DNA of 64,000 nucleotides from an uncultured Oscillibacter sp. (GTDB lineage Bacteria; Bacillota; Clostridia; Oscillospirales; Oscillospiraceae): NCBI GenBank assembly GCA_910587875.1, contig CAJUOD010000002.1, positions 2,890 to 66,889 of the forward strand, read 5' to 3'. Shown piece by piece: positions 38,833 to 48,646 of this stretch (position 1 is its first letter; each line of letters starts with the position of its first letter). The notes under the pieces were generated by a model. It saw only the letters and a program-made list of their open reading frames with translations, ran no database searches and was not told where the DNA came from. The position numbers and the translations under genes were made by a program.

Positions 38833-38877
38833 CCAAATTCCTCCTGTTTTTGTGTTGGGGGTCCGCTCGTCTTTCTC

Positions 38878-38906
38878 AGGATAGGAAAGTTTCCCCGCAT
38901 TGTCAA
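38878..38906 (-). promoter_or_regulatory. Sigma-A promoter of the 38832-start operon
   Basis: TTGACA-17-TATCCT on the minus strand; TGACAAAA-like repeats just upstream. Confidence 0.65.
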
Positions 38907-39134
38907 TTCCCCAATTTTTTGTCATTTTTTTGCCATTCTTCGAGGGAAGCGTCAAAAAATTGACAGTTTTTTGGAGGCTGGTGCCGCCGTGGCGGGGCCA
39001 GCCTCCAGAAGCAAAAGCCTCCCCCGGCGCCGCCGGATGGCCCGGCCGGCCCCAAAGGAGGCGGATTTTTATCAACGCGTGCGGGCGGCTGTTGCCGAAA
39101 AAGATACGGCTGCCAATCCGCGCCCAAAAACAAA

Positions 39135-39175
39135 GGAAAAGCCCTAAGGCTTTTTCACTGCCTCAGGGCTTTTCC
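39135..39175. repeat. Palindromic repeat, copy 1
   Basis: AAAAGCCCTAAGGCTTTTTCACTGCCTCAGGGCTTTTC; near-identical copy at ~50096. Confidence 0.7.
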
Positions 39176-39493
39176 CCCACTGTCTTATGCCGCTAAAAAA
39201 AGATGACTGTTTCGATGCCGAACCCCAAAAAATCGGGCCGGAATCCAGCGAAGCGAATCCGGCCCGAAAGCGAAGTCCCGCAAGGGGGATGCCGCATCCG
39301 TAAGGCGGCAAAGTCGCCAACGTCTGCGCAAAAATTCCCACCAGAGCGCAGTTTTCGGCGAAGCCGGAAACGGAGCGGTGGTGGGAATTTCAGAGCTGGA
39401 ATGGCCGGATAATCTGAATATTTCCTTAAAAGAATCGGAGCAAAAGGAATCGAAAATATGAAAAGGAACTTACAGCTTGTTACATATGCAGAT

Positions 39494-39787
39494 TTATATC
39501 GTCCGGTCTATAACGGTTACCTGGGTAATTACGTCTCTCAAACGGTCGCCACACACTACATAGTCCAGCAATTCATCGGCGGTATCACACCATTTTTCAG
39601 TGGACTCCGGATTATCTACATAAACCTGCGAGATTGCCATTTGAAGTGGAGCATTTGACGATTTGCGCAGTTTGGGCCAAATTCCAAACACGGCTCCTTT
39701 CCACTCGAACTCCACTTCTCCGCCGCTGTCTACGCACCATTTGAAATCGCTGATGGTTTTAAGCGGTTATCTTCAGGACTGTTTATG
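39494..39787 (-). pseudogene. Degraded immunity-like gene
   Basis: KTISDFKWCVDSGGEVEFEWKG..DELLDYVVCGDRLRDVITQV; 5' end frameshifted and start lost. Confidence 0.5.
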
Positions 39788-39788
39788 C

Positions 39789-40280
39789 CTATGATTTTGT
39801 TCTACGTTTATACCCTCTGAATACTTTGAATTTCGGGGCCCCATCTAGATAGTTAATCGGCGGTCCAAGCTTTGGAAAACCAGTCGACCAGTCAATCATA
39901 TGGTCGTGTGGATCTGAGTGTTGCCCTGGGAATCCATGGTCTGTGTAATGCCGTTCCGCAGTTGCTCTGCCATCATCACCAATACTTGTGTCACGGTCGT
40001 ATCCTCCGTGTTTACTTGGTGCGTGGGAGGGGATTTTCTGACCGGGCTCTCCCAGGAATTGTTCATCTCCCGGCTTTGTGAGCTGCCAAGGACCTCCATG
40101 CGCATTGCCGCCGTCTTTTACAGATGGAACATCTATAAATATTTTTGTTGTATCATAAGGGCCTACCGGCTGTCCACAAATTTTGAAGGAATCCAAATTA
40201 TTTTGCATTTTGAAAGTTTTAGAAAACACCGCACATGCGGAAGAATCCCTGAAATCCAGGTATAGCAGTGGATCGGACAA
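39789..40280 (-). pseudogene. Orphan polymorphic-toxin-type nuclease C-terminal fragment (Ntox24-like)
   Basis: ERHYTDHGFPGQHSDPHDH.IDW motif; no delivery domain. Confidence 0.55.
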
Positions 40281-40367
40281 AAGAAGAACCTCACTTTTCG
40301 AAAAAATAGTTCGAAAAAACGAGGCTCATTCACTTTTTGCCTGCTTTTTCCCTCGAGAAAAAGTAGA

Positions 40368-41714
40368 TCAGAAGACTCCCTGAGCCATCATGGCGTCGGC
40401 CACGCGCTGGAAGCCTGCGATGTTGGCTCCGGCCACCAGGTTGTATCCAAGGCCATACTTTTCCGCGGCCTCCACGCTCATGCTGTAGATGGTATCCATG
40501 ATCTGGTGCAGCTGCTTGTTGACCTCTTCCTCCGTCCACACCAGCCGCTCGCTGTTCTGCGCCATCTCCAGGGCCGAAGTCGCCACGCCGCCGGCGTTGA
40601 CCGCCTTGGACGGCGCCACAATCATGCCGCAGTCCATCAGATATTTCAGCGCTTCGTTTGTGGTCGGCATATTGGCGACCTCAACGTAGTATTTTACCCC
40701 GGCCCGGGCGATTTTTTTCGCGTGCTCAATATGGACGTCGTTTTGCATCGCGGAGGGCATGCAGATGTCCACCTTCACGCCCCAGGGCTTCTCCCCGGCG
40801 TGGAACTCCACGCCAAACTTGTCCGCGTAGTCCTTCACCTGGTTCCGGCCGCTGTTCCGCATCTCCACCAGGTAGTCGATCTTCTCCGCCGTGGTCACGC
40901 CGTCGGGATCGTAGATATACCCGTCGGGGCCGGACAGGGTAACCACCTTGGCCCCCAGCTCCGTGGCCTTCTTGCAGATGCCCCAGGTCACGTTTCCGAA
41001 GCCTGCGCAGGCGATGGTCTTCCCCGCCAGGGCCTCGCCCTCGTGCTTCAGGACGTTCTCCAGATAGTACACCGCGCCGAAGCCCGTGGCCTCGGGACGG
41101 ATGAGGGAGCCGCCGTAGCTGAAGCCCTTGCCGGTCAGAACGCCGTTCTCAAAGGCGCCCTTGAGCCGCCGGTACTCGCCATATAGGTAGCCGATCTCCT
41201 TGGCGCCCACGCCCATGTCGCCCGCCGGGACGTCCACGTCGGGCCCGATGTAGCGGTACAGGGCCTGCATGAAGCTCTGGCAGAAGCGCATGATCTCCGC
41301 GTCGGACTTGCCCGCCGGGTCGAAGTCGCTGCCGCCCTTGCCGCCGCCGATGGGCAGGCCGGTGAGGCTGTTCTTGAAGACCTGCTCGAAGCCCAGGAAC
41401 TTGATGATGCCGGGGTACACGTTCTTCTGGAACCGGAGGCCGCCCTTGTAGGGGCCGATGGCTCCGTTGAACTGGCAGCGGTAGCCGATGTTGGTGTGCC
41501 AGGTGCCGTCGTCCGCCATCCAGCAGACCCGGAAGGTGAACATCCGCTCCGGCTCCACCATGCGGGTCAGCAGGTCGGCCTTCTCATACTCAGGGTGCTT
41601 CTCGATGACGGGCTCCAGAGAGGAGAAGACCTCCTCCACCGTCTGGACGAACTCCGGCTCGTTGGCGTGCCGGGTCTTCACATGCTCGATCACGCTGGAA
41701 AGATAGGCGTTCAT
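40368..41714 (-). CDS. gdhA: NADP-specific glutamate dehydrogenase
   Basis: GPYKGGLRF, GGGKGGSDF, DVPAGD, RPEATGFG, KAVNAGGV. Confidence 0.97.
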   Translation of the reverse strand: MNAYLSSVIEHVKTRHANEPEFVQTVEEVFSSLEPVIEKHPEYEKADLLTRMVEPERMFTFRVCWMADDGTWHTNIGYRCQFNGAIGPYKGGLRFQKNVYPGIIKFLGFEQVFKNSLTGLPIGGGKGGSDFDPAGKSDAEIMRFCQSFMQALYRYIGPDVDVPAGDMGVGAKEIGYLYGEYRRLKGAFENGVLTGKGFSYGGSLIRPEATGFGAVYYLENVLKHEGEALAGKTIACAGFGNVTWGICKKATELGAKVVTLSGPDGYIYDPDGVTTAEKIDYLVEMRNSGRNQVKDYADKFGVEFHAGEKPWGVKVDICMPSAMQNDVHIEHAKKIARAGVKYYVEVANMPTTNEALKYLMDCGMIVAPSKAVNAGGVATSALEMAQNSERLVWTEEEVNKQLHQIMDTIYSMSVEAAEKYGLGYNLVAGANIAGFQRVADAMMAQGVF

Positions 41715-41857
41715 TGAAATTTCCTCCTTATCCTTATCCCATGTCATTTAAAAATTGGATTGAGGTTTAAGCCTCTGAATTTTTTAACGGCCCATAACAC
41801 GGACAGTTCTTTGACGCTTCAACATTTTGCCTTGACACAGCTGCTTTTCTGCCCGCC

Positions 41858-42976
41858 TCAATACAGACTCCGGTATACCTCAAGAATCAAAGAGGCGGTC
41901 ATGGGTACAAAGCTGTTTTTTAAGAGCCTCTGTTGATTTTCCATTACAGACTCGGCGAATTCCGGCAGCTCCGCTTCTTGTACGCCGTACTTACGCAGAG
42001 ACTTTCTGGGAAGAACCGCCTCCAGCGTTTTCTCCAGCTCTTTGTACACATCCTCTGGAGTGCATTTCAGAAGATCTGCCAGAAAGCGGTTCATCACCGC
42101 GAGTTCACCGCCAGTCCGAAGTGCCATGTACTTTTTCATGACGCCAAGGAAAACGGCGTAGTTGCTCTCCCCATGGGCCACGTGGTATCGGCCTCCCAAG
42201 GGGTAGGCCATAGCGTGAACCGTTCCGCAGCCTGCCGTTCCAAATGCGATTCCCGCATAGTTGGACGCCAGCAGAAACTCTTCCAGCAGGCCGGTCCAGC
42301 GGTCCCGGCCGTCCCGCCCAATGACCTGATAGCCCCGGACGATCATCTCGATAGCCCGGTATCCAAACAGCTTGGTGTAGGGCGTTGCCGCCGGAGACAG
42401 ACAGGACTCCACCGCGTGGACCAGCGCATCGATTGAGCTGGTGGTAAACACGGGGAAGGGAAGGCTCTGCAGTAGCTCTGGAATCAGAACCGCTTGGTCC
42501 GCATACAGGGCGTCCCCTACCAATCCCATCTTGGTGCCCAGGCGGGTCCTGTTTATGACGGCGATGTTCGTCATCTCACTTCCGGTCCCGCAGGTGGTTG
42601 GGATGATAACCAGCTCCCGGAGCTTTACCAGGTTCGGCATGGCGTCATAGAGAGCGTCCAGATGTTCCCCGGCGCTCGCGGCCGCCATAGCTTTGGCAGT
42701 ATCGATTACCGCTCCGCCTCCCAAGGCGATAATGCGGCGGCAGGGGCCCATTTGCGCCGCGGCTTCCAGGATGTGCTCCACCATCTCGTCGGTGGGCTCC
42801 CCTGTGCCGTATTCTTCCAGAAAGATGGTGTTTACGGGTAGGCCTGAGCCGAAATACGGCTTGAAAATATAGGCGTTCGTTAGGATAAGGTCGTCACTTG
42901 TTAGCGGGAACTGCTCTAAAAATTGTTTGCAGGTGTCAAATTTGTAAACACGCGGTCGAAAAATAAGCTGTTCCAT
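41858..42976 (-). CDS. Iron-containing alcohol dehydrogenase (4-hydroxybutyrate dehydrogenase-like)
   Basis: GGGAVID, PTTCGTGSE, DALVHAVES, HAMAYPLGG.YHVAHGE. Confidence 0.9.
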   Translation of the reverse strand: MEQLIFRPRVYKFDTCKQFLEQFPLTSDDLILTNAYIFKPYFGSGLPVNTIFLEEYGTGEPTDEMVEHILEAAAQMGPCRRIIALGGGAVIDTAKAMAAASAGEHLDALYDAMPNLVKLRELVIIPTTCGTGSEMTNIAVINRTRLGTKMGLVGDALYADQAVLIPELLQSLPFPVFTTSSIDALVHAVESCLSPAATPYTKLFGYRAIEMIVRGYQVIGRDGRDRWTGLLEEFLLASNYAGIAFGTAGCGTVHAMAYPLGGRYHVAHGESNYAVFLGVMKKYMALRTGGELAVMNRFLADLLKCTPEDVYKELEKTLEAVLPRKSLRKYGVQEAELPEFAESVMENQQRLLKNSFVPMTASLILEVYRSLY

Positions 42977-43218
42977 CTGAGATCTCCTCGTTGCTTTGAG
43001 ACGGCCCGACAGGGAAGCCGCGGCTGCGCGCTCCCGATTCTGCCCAGTCCGGCATGTTTGCCCACAAAAGCAGCGCGGTCAAGAGAGAGGCTGTTGTCGT
43101 TGCAAAATGTTCAAAGGGGGAATTTCCAACTACAAAAGCACTCTTTCCTGACTGCGCCCTCATTTAATGAAGAACGTTTACCTGTGCTTGTCCAAGACCT
43201 TCAGCGAAACGCTGATGC

Positions 43219-44700
43219 TCAATGGACCTCTCGTTCCGCAACTTCCCGGACGTATTGCTCGTGGATTTTGTCATTCATGCCCAGGAATGCCTGAATCACT
43301 ACCTGCACTAGAGTGAGGAGCGCGGGCAGGGCCACGCCGATAATCAGCAGGTTGCGGAGGGTAATCTCCGACAAAACTGTATTCGCAGAGTATCCGATGG
43401 CGTCCAGCAGGCCGCCCAGCAGCGCGCTGCCCCAAGACCCGCCGATGGTCAGGCAGAAGCCATAGCACGCGAAGATAAATCCGGCCTGGTTGTGGCCAAA
43501 CTTCCACTGGCCATAATCTACGGCCATTGGGAGCATAATGTCGGGGAACACCAGGTGGGCGCCCTGCAGGAAACCGCAGAGGGCGTACAGAATGAACAGC
43601 GGCTGGCCTACGCCCATCAGCTCTCCGGAGCGCTCCCGTCCCACGACCAGGATGATGCCAAACCACACCAGATACATGGCGGCGTCAATGATCATGGTGG
43701 CCAAATAGGCCCGGTTGGAGTCCTTGAAGAGACGAATGAGATACTGAATGCACACGGAGCCCAGGATGGCGCAGCCGGCGTTGAAGAACAGGCCGATGGA
43801 AGCGAGCTCCGGCCGCTCGAAATAATTGTTGTACAGGTAGACCGTAGCACCGGAACGTACGCCGTCTACTACATAGAGCACCATGGTGGACACCACCACG
43901 ATCATGGCGGGCCGGTTTTTGAGCAGCTCCTTGGCCTGCTCAAAGAAGCCTACCTTGGTCTCCTGGCCGGTGGACACGTCGATATTCCGCAGATGTGCGC
44001 GATAGGTCCCGTCCGCGTTCAGCTCATACTTGCGGCTCATCACGAAGTTCCAGATAACGAAGCTGACATAAATTCCCTCGAAGAGGATGGCGCTGAGGAG
44101 GAAGCCCCGCTTCTCGCTTCCGCCGCCCAGGAAGGCGACGATGGGCAGGTAGCAGGCGACCAGGAACAGCTTGTTCACGTTCTTGGAAACGCCCCGGAAC
44201 GCGGCGATGGAGGCGCGTTCGCCCTGACTTTTCGCCATGTTGGTGATTTGGCAGTTGGTGGGGATGAAGCAAAGCGTGGAGCCGATCGCCCCGAAGCAGC
44301 CGTAGCCAATGCAGGCAATGATCATCTGTAGTGTCGAGGTCGTATCCGGCAGAGCGATGAAGATCATTACAAACAAGATAAACTGAGCCGGGATGGAGAA
44401 CAGTACCCAGGAGCGGTACTTACCCCATTTCAGGTTAAAGTGGTCGATGGCCCAGCCCATGATCAGATCAGTGACCGCGTCGAAGGTTCGGGCGAACGCC
44501 ATCAGCGAGCCGGCCACAACGCCGGACATGCCCAGGACGTCCGTGTAAAAGTACATCAGGAAGTAGCCAAAAATGACCCAGGGGCCGTTTGTGGACACGG
44601 CGGTCAGGCCCATACACAGCTTGTCTCGGATTGGAACCTTGGCGTTCGCTTCAAAGCTTACGGAATCATATAGCTCCTGCCGTTTAGTATTTGTGCTCAT
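43219..44700 (-). CDS. GPH-family (MelB-like) MFS sugar:cation symporter
   Basis: YFYTDVLG..ARTFDAVTD.IMG..D..WGKYR; many TM helices. Confidence 0.9.
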   Translation of the reverse strand: MSTNTKRQELYDSVSFEANAKVPIRDKLCMGLTAVSTNGPWVIFGYFLMYFYTDVLGMSGVVAGSLMAFARTFDAVTDLIMGWAIDHFNLKWGKYRSWVLFSIPAQFILFVMIFIALPDTTSTLQMIIACIGYGCFGAIGSTLCFIPTNCQITNMAKSQGERASIAAFRGVSKNVNKLFLVACYLPIVAFLGGGSEKRGFLLSAILFEGIYVSFVIWNFVMSRKYELNADGTYRAHLRNIDVSTGQETKVGFFEQAKELLKNRPAMIVVVSTMVLYVVDGVRSGATVYLYNNYFERPELASIGLFFNAGCAILGSVCIQYLIRLFKDSNRAYLATMIIDAAMYLVWFGIILVVGRERSGELMGVGQPLFILYALCGFLQGAHLVFPDIMLPMAVDYGQWKFGHNQAGFIFACYGFCLTIGGSWGSALLGGLLDAIGYSANTVLSEITLRNLLIIGVALPALLTLVQVVIQAFLGMNDKIHEQYVREVAEREVH

Positions 44701-44776
44701 TTGTACGCCTCTCTTCCTTTATTGTATTTTTGTTTACAGCGGAACCGCTGCTTTAGGGAACCATTTTACCGCCTGG

Positions 44777-46219
44777 TCACGCGTATTTCTGGAATACCCG
44801 CTCGTAGGCTGCGGCAATCTCGTCCAGATGCGGCAGAGTCGCCAGGCTCAGGTAGGCCTTGTTGCCGCTGGGCACGATGACACCCTCCGCCGCCAGTGCC
44901 ATAGTGAATTCCGTGGTGGCCCGGGTCGCCTCGTTGACCGCGTCCTTGCATTCCTGGCTGTTGGGGTCCTCGTAGAAGGTGGGGACGTGCTGTACGCCGG
45001 TGATGTCGATATGGAGGATAGAGCCTTGGTGGAACACCAGCACGGGAATCTCGTATTTTTCGGCCAGCTCCGCGATCTTATGGCACAGGTATTCTCCGCC
45101 CTCATCCAGCTTTTTATGGGCGTCAGTGCGCTCCAGCTCGTCGATGGCCGTGGCGCCCGCCAGACAGGACAGCGGATTCGCCGTCATGGTGCCGCCCACG
45201 CGGACCGCCTTGGTCTGATCGGTGCCCTGCCCGGCCGCCAGCATGTCGATGATTTCCGCCCGGCCGCCGATGCCGCCCGCTCCGGGATAACCTCCGGCGA
45301 TGATCTTTCCGAATACGGTAATGTCCGGCTTGGTGCCATAGAAGCCCTGGGCGCCCCGCATTCCAACACGGAAGGCCGTCACGACCTCATCGTATACCAG
45401 CAGCGCGCCGTACTTCCGGCAGAGCTGCTCAGCGCCCAACTGATACTCCCTGGTCAAGGGCAGCGCGCCGCTGTCCCGTCCGATGGCCTCTGCGAAGAAG
45501 GTCGCTGTACCGCCCAGTTCCTGCTGTTTGATAAAGGCTTTCTCCAGCGCTTCCAGATCGCCGGTAGGTACTGCGGTGGTGTACTGGAACACCTCTGTCG
45601 GGATGCCGTGGTGGAGCGAGTCGGGAGTTTTGATTTCGTTGTTGTTGTAGATTATCTGGTCGCTCCAGCCGTGGTAGTTGTTTTGAATTCGAATGATATA
45701 CTTTTTTCCTGTAAAGGCCCGGGCGAGACGAAGCGCGATAATGTCGGCCTCCGTGCCGCTGCCCATCATACGGAACCGCTCCACCGTGGGGAAGTATTTT
45801 TTAATCCGGCTGGCCAGCTCGTATTCGTAGTTGCTGTACATGCCGGAGACCGGACCGCACTCCCGAATCAGCTCGATCACCTTGTCCCGGATGACCGGAT
45901 AATTGCTGCCCAGAATCGTCGGGCCGCCGGCCTGGAGCATGTCATAGTAGCGATTCCCGTCCACATCGTACAGGAAGGCGTCCACCGCTTTCACAATGGA
46001 GAGGGCAAAGGGATAGTTGTTGGCCAGGTTGTGCTGGATGCCATGCGGAATGGCTTCCGCCGCCAGAGTCACCTGCTTCTTGGAGGTGGCGCAACAGGTC
46101 TCAAAGTGCTGCTTGTAAGCCTCGATTTGCTCCGGCTTCATGCGCTTGCGATGCTGGATTACATATCCGGCCTGCTGGTGGATCAATGCGTAATCGAATC
46201 CATTTAAGACTTTCGCCAT
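44777..46219 (-). CDS. Class III PLP aminotransferase (GSA aminomutase-like)
   Basis: SGTEAD, YHGWSD, DEVVTAFR, FGKIIAGG, GGTMTANPL. Confidence 0.9.
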   Translation of the reverse strand: MAKVLNGFDYALIHQQAGYVIQHRKRMKPEQIEAYKQHFETCCATSKKQVTLAAEAIPHGIQHNLANNYPFALSIVKAVDAFLYDVDGNRYYDMLQAGGPTILGSNYPVIRDKVIELIRECGPVSGMYSNYEYELASRIKKYFPTVERFRMMGSGTEADIIALRLARAFTGKKYIIRIQNNYHGWSDQIIYNNNEIKTPDSLHHGIPTEVFQYTTAVPTGDLEALEKAFIKQQELGGTATFFAEAIGRDSGALPLTREYQLGAEQLCRKYGALLVYDEVVTAFRVGMRGAQGFYGTKPDITVFGKIIAGGYPGAGGIGGRAEIIDMLAAGQGTDQTKAVRVGGTMTANPLSCLAGATAIDELERTDAHKKLDEGGEYLCHKIAELAEKYEIPVLVFHQGSILHIDITGVQHVPTFYEDPNSQECKDAVNEATRATTEFTMALAAEGVIVPSGNKAYLSLATLPHLDEIAAAYERVFQKYA

Positions 46220-46249
46220 AAATATTCTCCTTCCTTTTTTACACGGTTC

Positions 46250-47761
46250 TCAAGGGTTCAAGTCTGCGTAGATGTTTTTCAGAGCGGGGTAGACGCTCAT
46301 GAAATTGCGGTACATCTTGTCATAGACCGCTTTATTTTCCGGGCGGGGGTAGAAGCTCTTTTCAATGCTGATGAACTTGCCGGCGTCTTCCAGCGTGTAA
46401 AGCCCCATGCCCACCGCGGCCACAACGGCGGCGCCCATAGCGCCGGCGTGGCGGACGTTCGCCGTCCGGTGAACCGGGATGTTCAGCACGTCGGCGATGA
46501 TTTGCAGCCAGCGGTCCCTCAGCGCACCGCCGCCCACCGCTGTGACGGAGGTCACCCGCCTGCCGCCGCAGTCTTTTTCGTAATAGTCCACCTGTCCCCG
46601 CAGACTGTAGGCTACGCCCTCCAGCACGGCGTTCAGGATATGGCGGCGGTCATGCTGATTGGTGACATTGATGTAGGTGCCCCGCGCCCGCTCATCCAAC
46701 ACCGGGCAGTGCTCTCCGTGGAGCCAGGGAGTCACCAGCAGGCCGTTGGACCCGGCAGGGATATCCCGGATATCGTTTTCGATAAACTGATAAATGCTCT
46801 CAGTCGAAGACAGCACTCCTGTTTCGATTAACTTTCGCTCAACCCCATAGTACTGGTTGATTGCCCATTCGTAGGTCATACAGCAGGACTGGACGCAGCC
46901 TCCGTAAATCATTTGCTCTTTATTCATGCTGTACATCTCATAGATGCCCGGGCAAGGATTTTTCACGCGCGCGGTGTCTTTCAACACGGTCAGCCAGGCG
47001 GAGGAACCCAAGTAGATATGGGCGTCTCCCAACTTGGAGCAGGCGGCTCCCGCCGCGGCGGCAGGCACATCCCCGGTGCCCATGTAAACGCCGGCGTTCA
47101 CCGTCAGGCCCAGCTCCTCCGCCGCCTGGGGAAGCAGCGTTCCCACAAATTCCGTGCAGGTTTTCAGCGGCGGCATCTTTGAAAGGTCTACTCCTGCCGC
47201 GGCATACATGGTGTGCTTGTGCTGTAGCTCCGCTTCATCCAGCGAGTGGGGGCTGGACCGGGTCAGCTCCATATAGACCTTCCCTGTGCATTTGTAATTT
47301 AAAAAACAGGTGCAGTCCATAAAGTAGGCGGTTTTGCTGTAAAGTTCCGGTTCGTTCTCCTGGAACCAGAGCAGCTTTCCCACCACGTCGTTGGCATTGA
47401 GGTACTCTTCTCCTATGGCGACATTAATCCGGTTTGCTTGGTCTCCGGCCCGGCTGTCCAGCCAGGTGATGTTGTTGTAAAGCACGGTGCCGTCCGCCGC
47501 AACCGGGATGATTCCCATGCCCTGGGTGCTGAAGGCCAGACCCAAGACCAGCTTTTTGTCAATGCTGGCCTTTCCCACAGCGGCTTTTGTCGCCGAACAG
47601 ACCGCCTGCCAGTAGTCCTCTGGGTTTTGCTCCGCGTAGCCGTGCCGGGGGCAAAGCAATCCATACCCCCGTTCGCTGCTGGCGATCAGGTTCCCTTCAA
47701 AGTCCACGATGGATGCCTTTACGCCGCTGGTTCCAAAATCATACGCCGCAATGTAATTCAC
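46250..47761 (-). CDS. FGGY-family carbohydrate kinase (xylulokinase-like)
   Basis: DFGTSGVKA, ITWLDSRA, YLGSSAW, PWLHGE, LEGVAY, GGGA. Confidence 0.92.
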   Translation of the reverse strand: MNYIAAYDFGTSGVKASIVDFEGNLIASSERGYGLLCPRHGYAEQNPEDYWQAVCSATKAAVGKASIDKKLVLGLAFSTQGMGIIPVAADGTVLYNNITWLDSRAGDQANRINVAIGEEYLNANDVVGKLLWFQENEPELYSKTAYFMDCTCFLNYKCTGKVYMELTRSSPHSLDEAELQHKHTMYAAAGVDLSKMPPLKTCTEFVGTLLPQAAEELGLTVNAGVYMGTGDVPAAAAGAACSKLGDAHIYLGSSAWLTVLKDTARVKNPCPGIYEMYSMNKEQMIYGGCVQSCCMTYEWAINQYYGVERKLIETGVLSSTESIYQFIENDIRDIPAGSNGLLVTPWLHGEHCPVLDERARGTYINVTNQHDRRHILNAVLEGVAYSLRGQVDYYEKDCGGRRVTSVTAVGGGALRDRWLQIIADVLNIPVHRTANVRHAGAMGAAVVAAVGMGLYTLEDAGKFISIEKSFYPRPENKAVYDKMYRNFMSVYPALKNIYADLNP

Positions 47762-47800
47762 CTTTCGTTCACTCCTTTCCGCCGTGTTCAGATGTCTTTG

Positions 47801-48445
47801 TTACTCCTCTTCCAAGCCCTTTTTCCTTCGCATCTCATTTTGAATTTCCAGAGGAATGGCGTGAACTCCGCCCAGGCCCTGGGCCAGACAGCATATTTTG
47901 GCCGCGTCCTCTGTATAGAGCGCATAAGTGTGCGCCTTTTCTACCGTCTCTCCCACGGCCAGGACGCCGTGGTTCGCCAGCAGACAGGCTCGGCGGCGCT
48001 CCAGCACCCGCAGAGCCTTTTTCCCCAGGTCCTCCGTTCCGGGGAGGGCAAATTCCGCCAGGGGGATGTCCCCGCCCACAAAAGGAATCATCTCAATCAG
48101 CGCCGCAGGAATCACCTTGTGAGCCGCCGCGAAGGCTGTGGCGAAGGGGGAGTGGGTATGTACGACGCCGTATATGTCGGAGCGGTTTTTATAGACGGCC
48201 GTGTGCATTTTCCACTCCGAGGAGGGGGTATGCTTTCCCTCTAGTATGTTCCCATCCAGGCTGATTACCATGATGTCGTCCGCAGTCATTCCCTCATAGG
48301 GAACGCTGCTGGGCGTGATGGCCACAATGCCTTGCTCTGGGTCATACTGGCTCAGGTTCCCGCTGGTGCCGGCAAACAGTTTTTCCTGATAGGCTTGCAG
48401 CGCCATGCTCAGGACGCGCTGCTTCAGTGCTGCTGTGTTCATCAT
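47801..48445 (-). CDS. Class II aldolase (L-fuculose-1-phosphate aldolase-like)
   Basis: GTSGNLS, ITPSS, PSSEWKMH, VVHTHS, LLANHG. Confidence 0.92.
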   Translation of the reverse strand: MMNTAALKQRVLSMALQAYQEKLFAGTSGNLSQYDPEQGIVAITPSSVPYEGMTADDIMVISLDGNILEGKHTPSSEWKMHTAVYKNRSDIYGVVHTHSPFATAFAAAHKVIPAALIEMIPFVGGDIPLAEFALPGTEDLGKKALRVLERRRACLLANHGVLAVGETVEKAHTYALYTEDAAKICCLAQGLGGVHAIPLEIQNEMRRKKGLEEE

Positions 48446-48646
48446 CCACCTCCGTTTGTTTTATGCCTGTATTATACTTACTTTAAGTTGTTTTGTAAAT
48501 TATTTTTGTTGTTTTACATGATATTTCTGCGATTTAACTAAGATTACACCTGATTTCTTATCATAATTGCACTTGCTTTTTTTGAAATACCAATATAAAA
48601 TATTGGTATTCTGTTGCATGTAAAATATTGAAAGGAGCTGTCTGCC

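Noticed and set aside
44573..46207. 544-aa plus-strand ORF, and similar ones at 2057-3247, 36334-37641 and 53292-54560
   Set aside because: Antisense shadows of well-supported genes
44777..46219. hemL assignment
   Set aside because: Sugar-catabolic context and no tetrapyrrole genes nearby
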